Part shown: positions 9,839 to 17,889 of the stretch, one piece after another
Layout of the letters: each line of letters begins with the position of its first letter
Position numbering within the stretch: position 1 is the first letter of the stretch
Origin: a virus
Taxonomy: Duplodnaviria > Caudoviricetes
Strand: one strand, 5' to 3'
Length of the DNA stretch: 57,851 nucleotides
Virus record (IMG/VR): IMGVR_UViG_3300027840_000002
Location: 1-57,851 of that record
Made by a program: the position numbers and the translations under genes
Notes under the pieces: generated by a model
Told to the model about the DNA's origin: nothing
Seen by the model: only the letters and a program-made list of their open reading frames with translations
Databases searched by the model: none

Positions 9839-10579
9839 TTACTGCCAGACGGCATGACCTGCGCTTACCATACCTTCGTCTGTCCACCCTGCTGCGCGTA
9901 ACGCTTCAATAGTATGTGCGCCGGTTTGCACCAGAACCTTAACCGGTGGCGGTGCAAGGAAATCATTCTGTGGCGCTGGTGCCGGTGCAGCAGTTGGTGC
10001 GGGAGCCGTCGCAGCAGCAGGTTGCGCAGATACACCGAAAGCATTAGCCAGTGCCTGCGTATTCATACCACCACCTGACGATTCAGCCATTTGTGGTCGT
10101 TGTGTTTTATCACAATTGACAACCTGAACACCCTGCAGCCCTAACGAAACGCCTTTGTTACCTGAGTTGTCATATTTGTATGAGTCAACACAGATACGGA
10201 TGCCTGCACCAGAATAGAACTTATCTTTTTCAAAGTTAAGATCCATAGGCTGACCGTTAGCATTAATCACGCCGACCGGATAACCGGATTTAGCATTAAT
10301 CACCCATTTACCCGCGTATGCTACAATTTTTACACCGGTGCTGCTCTGGTAAACATCTCCGTCATGCCAGCGATCGTTTACAGCGAACGGATTGACGAAA
10401 GGTACTTTTTCAGATGTCGCTTTATTCTGCAGCAATTGAGTCAGTTCACTGACTGTCGCTGTATCGCTTTTATCAATCAGCACTTTTACACTGTACTTAC
10501 CGTTGTCATCTGGTTTTGTGACATTTTCAAAAGCCAGCAATACTTCGTTAGTTACTACTTTACCGTCGGATAAAATCAT
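9839..10579 (-). CDS. Single-stranded DNA-binding protein (DUF2815 / T7 gp2.5-like)
   Basis: GKYSV, DGD, FYSGA, GNKGVSLGLQGVQ motifs; start at ATG 10579 after GGAG. Confidence 0.85.
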   Translation of the reverse strand: MILSDGKVVTNEVLLAFENVTKPDDNGKYSVKVLIDKSDTATVSELTQLLQNKATSEKVPFVNPFAVNDRWHDGDVYQSSTGVKIVAYAGKWVINAKSGYPVGVINANGQPMDLNFEKDKFYSGAGIRICVDSYKYDNSGNKGVSLGLQGVQVVNCDKTQRPQMAESSGGGMNTQALANAFGVSAQPAAATAPAPTAAPAPAPQNDFLAPPPVKVLVQTGAHTIEALRAAGWTDEGMVSAGHAVWQ

Positions 10580-10580
10580 T

Positions 10581-11729
10581 TTACGCTCCGTTAAACCATT
10601 CAGATAATTTTGACGCAACAGCTGCGCCGGTAGCTTCTGCAGGTACTAATCGCTTACCTGCTGTGGGTTTGTAAATTAACATCGTTGATACGTCGTTGTC
10701 AATTATTTTAATCAAATTAGGCGGTGAAATCAGTTCGCGCGGTTTCAACACCTTTTCAGCAAGATCCGGACGCATTGCGATCAGGATATCCGCCGCACCT
10801 TCAACGTACTTGCGGTGCGTATTTCTCTGTACAAGTTTGTAACCCGGTACATGTTTGCCCTGATTTTCAGCCATGTGGAAAGCAAGCGCATCAACGGCCT
10901 GCTGTTGCTGTTTAATAAAAGTCATAGCCTCGTCAAGCATGCCTTTGCGATCGGCAATGACTGACGGTGAAGGTGATTCAAGTGGCTGCATAGCGATCAC
11001 CTGTTTCAGATAGCTTTCAGTTTTGTCCCAGTGGGCTTTGCATGACGCTGTACCCGGACAGTACTCACACCATGATCCGGTATTAAATTCATGCGTACCG
11101 GCACGTGCTGCTGCTGCCCATATCTTTTCCCACCACGTATACAATTCAGTAAGTGTAAGCGTCCAGGTTCGAATCGGTCCTTCAGAGTGATAACAGTTCG
11201 GCTGTACAATGTGGAAAGTCAGCGTTTCCGGTAACGGTATGTTCCGTTGCTGTAAATCGCGGACCGCGCCGATCATATAAAACGCACCCTGATAGTTATC
11301 AACAGCTGGCACAAACATACGTCCGTGCTTATAGTCAAAAATGTCAAGGTGTTTATACATCGGGCTGTAACTACCCACATCAAGTGTGCCGAACATATCA
11401 TCAGACAGACTTACACGCCGCTCCATATACGTGTTTGACCAGTTCATACAGCAGATTTCAGAAACGTAATCAACCATGATATCGGTCGCTTCAAACATTT
11501 CATCGTACAGGCTAACGTCATTAGGTGCATATGACGGCCACACACCATCGAAATCACGGTTATGTTCTTTCCAGTGGTTGAGGCGCGTCTCAACAATCCA
11601 GTGCGCTGCTGTACCTTGTTCTGCTGCATCCGTTGGTAAACCCGGTGGTGCGAGATGTAACAGCGCCACGCTACCCGGACAATTGCTCCAGCGGAAACAA
11701 TTACTGCCCCCTAACGTAGCGTGGCTCAT
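10581..11729 (-). CDS. DUF2800 / Cas4-like PD-(D/E)xK exonuclease
   Basis: HATLGGS..RW.NCPGS, GTAAH, FGTLD, DYKHG, WCEYCP...C cysteine cluster. Confidence 0.85.
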   Translation of the reverse strand: MSHATLGGSNCFRWSNCPGSVALLHLAPPGLPTDAAEQGTAAHWIVETRLNHWKEHNRDFDGVWPSYAPNDVSLYDEMFEATDIMVDYVSEICCMNWSNTYMERRVSLSDDMFGTLDVGSYSPMYKHLDIFDYKHGRMFVPAVDNYQGAFYMIGAVRDLQQRNIPLPETLTFHIVQPNCYHSEGPIRTWTLTLTELYTWWEKIWAAAARAGTHEFNTGSWCEYCPGTASCKAHWDKTESYLKQVIAMQPLESPSPSVIADRKGMLDEAMTFIKQQQQAVDALAFHMAENQGKHVPGYKLVQRNTHRKYVEGAADILIAMRPDLAEKVLKPRELISPPNLIKIIDNDVSTMLIYKPTAGKRLVPAEATGAAVASKLSEWFNGA

Positions 11730-11731
11730 AT

Positions 11732-12991
11732 TTATACCACCAGGCTTTCTACTGGTACGCCTGCGACAATTGATGTCATGTTAGCGACCAGTGCATCGCG
11801 GGTGTCATACATGGCTTTCATCTGGTCAGCCGTCGCAGCCGGAACTTGTGTGATGCCTGATTTTTTCAGCAGGAACTGTACAAGCGGCCCGTGGTATTTA
11901 CCCATATAGTCAGCAGATGCGGCGCGACCTGCATCACCGACTGCCTGTACGATTTCCTGGAATTGCTGAATCGGCTGTTTAACATCTGCGGCAGGCACAG
12001 GGGTCGGTGTTGGCGCGGGAGTTTCAACAACCGGTGCCGGTGCCGGTGCGGGTGTACCCTGCAGTTCAGCAGTCACAGAGGCGATCGTGGCGTCATCGAC
12101 ACCGCGACGTTTTTTCCAGGTCCCATCTGCATTCAGCGCTTTAGTGCCGGCGTGGATACGCTCATCCCACGGCAGGTTGTTTTTATCGACGGTCGGTGCT
12201 GAGTTGTTTTGCTCACCATCATCATCTTCAGCAGTCGGTGTCGGTACAGGTGCCGGTGTTTCAGCGGCGGCGGTCTGGACATCGGCAGGCGTAATCTGCG
12301 CCCGGTTGGATGCGACATGTTTTTCAACAGCGTTAGCGATAGCTACACCCATACTACCGTTGTTCAGTTTAGCCACGATCTCAGCCAGTTCAGCGGTGCT
12401 TTCAGTTTTAACGCTCAGTGTATATTCAGCCATTTCTTTTGATTTCCTGTTAATAAGTTGTTGGATCACGTTGTTACAAAATTCAGCTTCGTTAATCGCA
12501 TCGTGCAGGGCGTTATGTTTAACACCTTTGAACGTGCTGTGCCAGTGTGGCAGTCTTAAAATATGCGTTCCGATAAATGTCAGAGTGCGCATATCGAGAT
12601 CACCCCAGTATTTAACCGGTGACTGCATACCCAGGGCTTCACATGCTGATTCTAACCACTGGTTGTCGGCGCGCGGACCGTTACCGATCGCATATTCAAC
12701 ACCATGTTTCTTCAGCCAGGCTGCGAACTCAGTCAGTACATCACGCAAAGGGCGCTGGTCAACTGACAGAACATCCTGTGCTGCGCTACCCTGTTTCGCC
12801 CACCACGCTTTTGTTGACTCGCTGACATGCAGACCTGCATCAATTGATGTTTGCGGTATGATGTTCGCGTAAAACGTGTCAACCTGTCCGCCGGTATTGA
12901 AGTCGCGGATAACAGCTCCAATACTGAGCAGTGCAGCATTGTGTTCAGTGCTGAGAGTTTCAAAATCTAAGACACTGACCAGTGGAATCAC
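11732..12991 (-). CDS. DEDDh 3'-5' exonuclease fused to a Pro/Ala-rich protein with a PWDERIH motif
   Basis: N-terminal LDFETL...HNALHDA exonuclease motifs; C-terminal PWDERIH..TK..NADGTWKKRRGVD segment. Confidence 0.8.
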   Translation of the reverse strand: MIPLVSVLDFETLSTEHNAALLSIGAVIRDFNTGGQVDTFYANIIPQTSIDAGLHVSESTKAWWAKQGSAAQDVLSVDQRPLRDVLTEFAAWLKKHGVEYAIGNGPRADNQWLESACEALGMQSPVKYWGDLDMRTLTFIGTHILRLPHWHSTFKGVKHNALHDAINEAEFCNNVIQQLINRKSKEMAEYTLSVKTESTAELAEIVAKLNNGSMGVAIANAVEKHVASNRAQITPADVQTAAAETPAPVPTPTAEDDDGEQNNSAPTVDKNNLPWDERIHAGTKALNADGTWKKRRGVDDATIASVTAELQGTPAPAPAPVVETPAPTPTPVPAADVKQPIQQFQEIVQAVGDAGRAASADYMGKYHGPLVQFLLKKSGITQVPAATADQMKAMYDTRDALVANMTSIVAGVPVESLVV

Positions 12992-13200
12992 TGTTTCACC
13001 TCGCGGAACATAATGCGTTTGTACTTATTCAGTGTAAAAATATCGGTACCGTGGTCATGGTTTAACATGAACGTACCTGTATCACTGAAATGTGCACCGC
13101 TAAGGATCCGGTGTGCCTGGTCAGCACCAAGTGCGCTACAGATACACTCAGTTTGAGAACCACCTGAATCTTCAAAAATAAATTTCACTGCCATCTTCAT
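12988..13200 (-). CDS. Hypothetical protein
   Basis: SD GAGGT before ATG 13200; first gene of the leftward replication operon. Confidence 0.7.
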   Translation of the reverse strand: MKMAVKFIFEDSGGSQTECICSALGADQAHRILSGAHFSDTGTFMLNHDHGTDIFTLNKYKRIMFREVKQ

Positions 13201-13225
13201 AACCTCGTTTGTTGTCGGTGAAAGA

Positions 13226-13267
13226 ATCATAAACGCATTGACACACTGACGTCAATAGTTTTAAATT
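13226..13267. promoter_or_regulatory. Overlapping divergent sigma70 promoters
   Basis: Plus strand: TTGACA (13238) with TTAAAT/TAAATT at 13261/13262. Minus strand: TTGACG (13255) -18- TATGAT. Confidence 0.7.
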
Positions 13268-13291
13268 AAAATAAATTACGGAGGTGTAAAA

Positions 13292-13468
13292 ATGAAAGAA
13301 CTAACCCTGAATGACTGTAACAGCCTGATAAAACAGCTGGAATCACAACCAACAATGAGCATCAAAGAGGAAAAATACTACAGTGCGCTGCTCATCGCTC
13401 GCAGTGTGTTGCAGCCTGTTGATACTACTCCTCAACAGTATGAATCGCTGGTGCGTAAAAATGTTTAA
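13292..13468 (+). CDS. Small hypothetical protein (58 aa, not in ORF track)
   Basis: SD GGAGGT; MKELTLNDCNSLIKQLE... Confidence 0.7.
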   Translation: MKELTLNDCNSLIKQLESQPTMSIKEEKYYSALLIARSVLQPVDTTPQQYESLVRKNV

Positions 13469-13580
13469 ACTGTGGGTTTCACTCAGCGCAGGGTGTGCGA
13501 TGGTTACGGTGGCAGGTGGGGCGTTTGGCTGGTGCCTCGCAAGTGCTGTATTTTTAATCTTAGCAATGTTAACGGATTAA
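13461..13580 (+). CDS. Small hydrophobic protein (39 aa)
   Basis: MFKLWVSLSAGCAMV...; fills the gap before the helicase. Confidence 0.45.
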   Translation: MFKLWVSLSAGCAMVTVAGGAFGWCLASAVFLILAMLTD

Positions 13581-13582
13581 GC

Positions 13583-15262
13583 ATGAACATAACAATGCGC
13601 CCGTACCAGCAACGGGTTATTGATGGCGTATATTCTTCCTGGTTATCGGGAGCACAGTCAGTGTGCGCGGTGGTACCAACCGGCGGTGGTAAAACCCGCA
13701 TAAAAGCGCACATCGCAAAAATGGAGCGTGATGCGGGCAACATAATGATTCTGATCGCACACAGGCGTGAGCTTATCGGACAGATCAGCATGGCCTTGGC
13801 GCAAGAGGGGATCATTCACCAGCTGTTATGTGCTAATGCTGCCCGCAATTATATTTCCACGTCGCATGTTAAAGAACTGGGTAGGTCGTACTACAGCCCC
13901 CAGGAAGAACGTATTTTCGTGGCGTCGATTGACTCGTTTAAACCTGTCGATATTGACTGGTTTGCAGCGCGTGGCGCACGATTGAGATGGACGCTGGACG
14001 AAACTCATCATCTTTTGCGTGAAAATAAATGGGGGAAGGTGATAAGCCAGTTTGACAAAGCAGGTGCGTTAGGTTTGGGTGTGACAGCTACACCGGTTCG
14101 TGCTGAGGGTAAAGGGTTAGGCCGCCATGCTGACGGGTTGTTTGATGTCATGGTTGAAGGTCCGGGTATGCGTGAACTGATCACTCAGGGATATCTGTCT
14201 GACTATAAAGTTTTCTGCCCGCCGATCAGCATTGATTTCAGCAGCATCGAAACCAGTAAATCAACTGGTGATTACAAGGAAGCACCGCTGAAGGAAGCGA
14301 TCGGTAAATCAACCCTGACCGGGGATATTGTTGGTACATATCTTAAGCATGCCGGCGGTAAGCGTGGTCTGACATTTACTGTTGATATTGACAGTGCTGA
14401 AGAAATGGCTGCTGAGTACCGAAAAAATGGTATTCCTGCTCAGGCGATCAGTTCACGCAACACAGATAAAGAACGCACGCTGTACAGTGAGCAAATAAAA
14501 TCAGGTGAATTGCTGCAGCTGGTATCGTCAGATCTGATTTCTGAAGGCTACGATGTCCCGGCTATTGAGGTCGCCAGCATGGGTCGTCCTACGCAGTCAG
14601 AGGGTCTGTATAAACAACAGTTTGGTCGCATCTTACGTACGTTACCCGGCAAACCCTATGCTATGCTGTTTGACCACGTTGGAAACGTTCAGCGTTTCGG
14701 TTTACCCGATGCGCCACGCATCTGGACGCTTGATCGTCGTGAACGTACTGCTAAAAAAGAAACAGGCGCTGAAACCCTCAAAGTCTGTGCATCCTGTTTC
14801 CAGCCGTTTGAAGCGCGGCGCGCTATTTGTCCCCACTGTGGGGAGCGTATCAAAGTTGCACCCGATGGCGGCAGAACACTGGAAGAGGTAGAAGGCGATC
14901 TGACGGAACTTTCACCGGAGGTACTCGCTAAAATGCGCGGTGAAGTTGAGCGTGTAATGGAATCACCGGATGCCGTGCGTGAAAGATTTTTGATGGCCGG
15001 TGCACCGCATATCGCTGCAGCTGGGGCAGCTAAACAGCATCGTTTACGCCTGGAGTCACAAAATGTGCTACGCACCGTGATGACATCATTTTGGGATTTT
15101 TACCGCGAACAGTTAGGGTGCGATGTACGTAGTGCGCAGATAACATTCTGGCAGCTTTTCGGTATAGACGTTATGTCAGCACAGACACTGGGTAAAAACG
15201 ATGCTGAAGCGCTGACAGTACGTATCCGCGAACATTTATCAGTCATGGGGGTAGCGGCGTGA
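13583..15262 (+). CDS. Superfamily 2 DNA helicase with C-terminal zinc ribbon
   Basis: RPYQ, PTGGGKT, DETHH, TATP, EGYDVP, QQFGRILR, CxxC..CxxC. Confidence 0.95.
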   Translation: MNITMRPYQQRVIDGVYSSWLSGAQSVCAVVPTGGGKTRIKAHIAKMERDAGNIMILIAHRRELIGQISMALAQEGIIHQLLCANAARNYISTSHVKELGRSYYSPQEERIFVASIDSFKPVDIDWFAARGARLRWTLDETHHLLRENKWGKVISQFDKAGALGLGVTATPVRAEGKGLGRHADGLFDVMVEGPGMRELITQGYLSDYKVFCPPISIDFSSIETSKSTGDYKEAPLKEAIGKSTLTGDIVGTYLKHAGGKRGLTFTVDIDSAEEMAAEYRKNGIPAQAISSRNTDKERTLYSEQIKSGELLQLVSSDLISEGYDVPAIEVASMGRPTQSEGLYKQQFGRILRTLPGKPYAMLFDHVGNVQRFGLPDAPRIWTLDRRERTAKKETGAETLKVCASCFQPFEARRAICPHCGERIKVAPDGGRTLEEVEGDLTELSPEVLAKMRGEVERVMESPDAVRERFLMAGAPHIAAAGAAKQHRLRLESQNVLRTVMTSFWDFYREQLGCDVRSAQITFWQLFGIDVMSAQTLGKNDAEALTVRIREHLSVMGVAA

Positions 15263-15831
15263 TGGCGATTGTAAAAAGAAAACCGGATATAAAAATGTCA
15301 GAAAGAAACATTCAGAAAGTTTTATACAGAAATCTTCAATCACTTTTTAAAGTTATGATACCAAACTATTACTGTGACAATAAATTCGGTTTTGAATGTG
15401 ACATGCTTTGTGTTCGTCAATCGGGGTACACGGTTGAAATAGAAATAAAAATATCAGAGAAAGATTTCAAGAAAGATTTTACAAAACAATGTGCAGATTA
15501 TGATGATCCCGCAGAATGGGTTGATGTCGGCAACGGTTTACAAAAAATGAATTACCCGATGTTAACGAAACATGATTTACTTCAACAAGGTAGACTCACC
15601 TGCAATTACTTCAGTTATGCTATGCCTATGCCGCTTGCCCTTAAGCTGATGCCGGATTTGCCGGACTACTGCGGTTTGATAGCCATTCACGACAATGGCG
15701 GTACGTCAACTTTGAAAGAAGGAAAATTGTTGCACAAAAACAAAATTTCAGATTTCAAACTGGCTTCAATGGCTCAGAACTTGTGTTTTCGTTACTGGAC
15801 ACTTCTTAATAAATCGGAGCCATTAATATGA
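15259..15831 (+). CDS. PD-(D/E)xK nuclease-like protein (MmcB-like)
   Basis: ECDML...EIEIKISEKDFKKD...CNYFSY...CGLI motif order. Confidence 0.6.
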   Translation: MMAIVKRKPDIKMSERNIQKVLYRNLQSLFKVMIPNYYCDNKFGFECDMLCVRQSGYTVEIEIKISEKDFKKDFTKQCADYDDPAEWVDVGNGLQKMNYPMLTKHDLLQQGRLTCNYFSYAMPMPLALKLMPDLPDYCGLIAIHDNGGTSTLKEGKLLHKNKISDFKLASMAQNLCFRYWTLLNKSEPLI

Positions 15832-16058
15832 TGACATCACTGGGTGAGTATATCAAAGAAACTATCGAACAGCATGAAACTGATATTCGAATTACCATGT
15901 TGGTTGGTATGCCTGAGTGGGAATTTATTATTGTTATGAGTGAAGGATTTTTCGATGGTGTTTGTGCCGGTACAAGACGAAACGGCATTTACTATTCAGA
16001 ACATGATTTACTGATCGCATATCATCAGCGTAACCCTGGCGCGGAACCTCTTATATGA
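15828..16058 (+). CDS. Hypothetical protein
   Basis: ATGA-coupled on both sides. Confidence 0.65.
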   Translation: MMTSLGEYIKETIEQHETDIRITMLVGMPEWEFIIVMSEGFFDGVCAGTRRNGIYYSEHDLLIAYHQRNPGAEPLI

Positions 16059-16564
16059 TCAACGATATCAGCATAACGCACTGGGCACAGCGCCACGGTG
16101 TATCACCTGCAGCACTACGTGAGCTGACTGAAATATTATGTCCGGACATCGCAATACCTGATCCTGAAAAGTATGACAATGAAGCGCAGGTACAAGCGCA
16201 GATCCGAAAAGCATCCGCGTACGCTAAGTGCTGGCTTGGGCGTAACAATAACGGTGCAATGGAAAAGGATGGGCGCTGGATCAGGTTCGGCCTGGCGAAT
16301 GATAGCAAACAGACCAACGAACGCTTTAAATCTGGGGATCTGATAGGTATCACACCGCGCCTCGTAATGCCGGAACACATCGGGCAGGTATGGGGAATAT
16401 TCACCTGCGCTGAGGTAAAAGAGCCAGGGTGGAAATTTACACCGGGTGATAAGCGCGCCATAGCACAACTTGCATTTAATAATCACGTTATTCGATACGG
16501 GGGTATTGCGGGGTTCTGTACATCCGTAGTAGACTACCTTAAATTAATTGAGGGTAACGTATGA
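16055..16564 (+). CDS. VRR-NUC domain nuclease (Holliday junction resolvase candidate)
   Basis: EAQVQAQI, RNNNG, SGDLIG, AEVK, Q..F...GG.A motifs. Confidence 0.85.
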   Translation: MINDISITHWAQRHGVSPAALRELTEILCPDIAIPDPEKYDNEAQVQAQIRKASAYAKCWLGRNNNGAMEKDGRWIRFGLANDSKQTNERFKSGDLIGITPRLVMPEHIGQVWGIFTCAEVKEPGWKFTPGDKRAIAQLAFNNHVIRYGGIAGFCTSVVDYLKLIEGNV

Positions 16565-16728
16565 ACGAAACGATTAAAGCACTGGTTGAAAAACACGGTC
16601 TGACTGCTGTAGCTAACGCTGCTATGGTCACAGAACGTACCATTAAATTGCAACTCGTCAGTAGCCGGAACGTCATGAGTTCGGTACGCGTGAATCGTGC
16701 AAAAATTAAACTGGAAGGTAAATCCTGA
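16561..16728 (+). CDS. Small hypothetical protein (55 aa, not in ORF track)
   Basis: SD GAGGGT; coupled to neighbours. Confidence 0.65.
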   Translation: MNETIKALVEKHGLTAVANAAMVTERTIKLQLVSSRNVMSSVRVNRAKIKLEGKS

Positions 16729-17084
16729 TGCAAACTATTTACTCTGACGCGTCAACCGATCCGATCTGTGCTTATCTGAAAGACAGCCCGATCAAAGCGT
16801 TTACCCGCAAAAATGAAGAGGTGGCGCTAACTGTACAAAATGAGGGTTTCATCATTGTTCCTGCAGGCCATCGTGTTCGCGTGCCGACAGGTTTAACTGT
16901 TGATGATGAGGATAAAGGTTTCATTATGCAGACTGCGGGCGCAACTTTCACTAACGGTCTGCAGTTTACTGACTCTCTGATCGAGATCGTAGCGGGTGAT
17001 CTGTACATTGATGTGATGAACATCTCTGAAATTTCTGTTGCGATCAGCCACGGTGACAAACTCGGTAAAGTGGTGCTGCTATGA
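16728..17084 (+). CDS. Degenerate dUTPase-fold protein
   Basis: IIVPAGHRVRVPTGL and VMN...ISHGDKLGKVV align with the trimeric dUTPase scaffold, but the catalytic motifs are missing. Confidence 0.6.
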   Translation: MQTIYSDASTDPICAYLKDSPIKAFTRKNEEVALTVQNEGFIIVPAGHRVRVPTGLTVDDEDKGFIMQTAGATFTNGLQFTDSLIEIVAGDLYIDVMNISEISVAISHGDKLGKVVLL

Positions 17085-17341
17085 ATATCGATTACGAACG
17101 CAGACTTTTCGAAAATGCATTTGGTCGAAATGCAGATCTGACACGTAACAGCCAGGATGGCTACGAATCCGGAGCGACATCCCTGCAATGGGAAGGCTGG
17201 CAGGAGTGCGCAAAACGTATTCCTGAACGTCGTGACTATAGTGACCCAAGACCAGCCGAAGATGAGCCGCGTTTATGTGCGAAAAATCGTAATTACTGGC
17301 GCATGGGTTTCAATGCTGCAATTGAGAGTGGAAATCCATGA
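17081..17341 (+). CDS. Hypothetical protein
   Basis: ATGA-coupled; ERRLFE...WEGWQ motif of small phage early proteins. Confidence 0.65.
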   Translation: MNIDYERRLFENAFGRNADLTRNSQDGYESGATSLQWEGWQECAKRIPERRDYSDPRPAEDEPRLCAKNRNYWRMGFNAAIESGNP

Positions 17342-17880
17342 AAGCTAACGAGTTGCCTTCTATGGAATACCTGCATTCTCGTCTGACATACGACCCGGTA
17401 TCTGGAAATTTATTTTGGAAACATAACAATAAAATGTCAGTTCAATGGAACGGCAGGTTTGCAAACACTAAAGCTGGGACGTTGACATCACACAAATCAG
17501 GAAAATCATATGAAATGGTGATTGTTGATTATAAAAAGTATAAGTCGCATCGTGTGATTTTCAAGATGTATTACGGTTTTGATCCGCAAGAAGTAGACCA
17601 TATTAACGGTGACGGCCTTGACAATCGCATTCATAATTTGAGATCGGTCTCACCTACAGAAAATAAACGTAATTTAAGATTACAAAAACACAATACATCA
17701 GGGGTAAGTGGGGTTTGTTTTAATAAAACTTTTAACAAATGGTGGGCTTACATAAAACTTAGTGGTAAGCAGAAAAGTTTAGGATATTTTACAAAATTAG
17801 AAGATGCTGTTGCAGCAAGAAAACTTGCTGAAATAAAATATAAATTCCATCCGAACCACGGCAGTGTTCGGCCACTTTAG
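17338..17880 (+). mobile_element. Free-standing HNH homing endonuclease with AP2 domain
   Basis: YDPVSGNL, HRV, VDHINGDGLDNRIHNLR, NTSGVSGV, LGYF..LEDAVAAR; AT-rich relative to neighbours. Confidence 0.9.
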
Positions 17881-17889
17881 GTGAAACTG

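Noticed and set aside
10581-11729. Cas4-like nuclease as part of a CRISPR system
   Set aside because: No repeat-spacer array or other cas genes; standard phage exonuclease-SSB-polymerase context.
12087-12872. 261-aa antisense ORF, and similar shadows such as 28404-29054, 7015-7467, 14689-15075
   Set aside because: Opposite well-supported genes, with no recognisable motifs; explained by codon bias.
17338-17880. HNH gene as a group I intron ORF splitting the primase
   Set aside because: No non-coding flanks for intron structure, and the primase has its own SD and an intact N-terminal domain.
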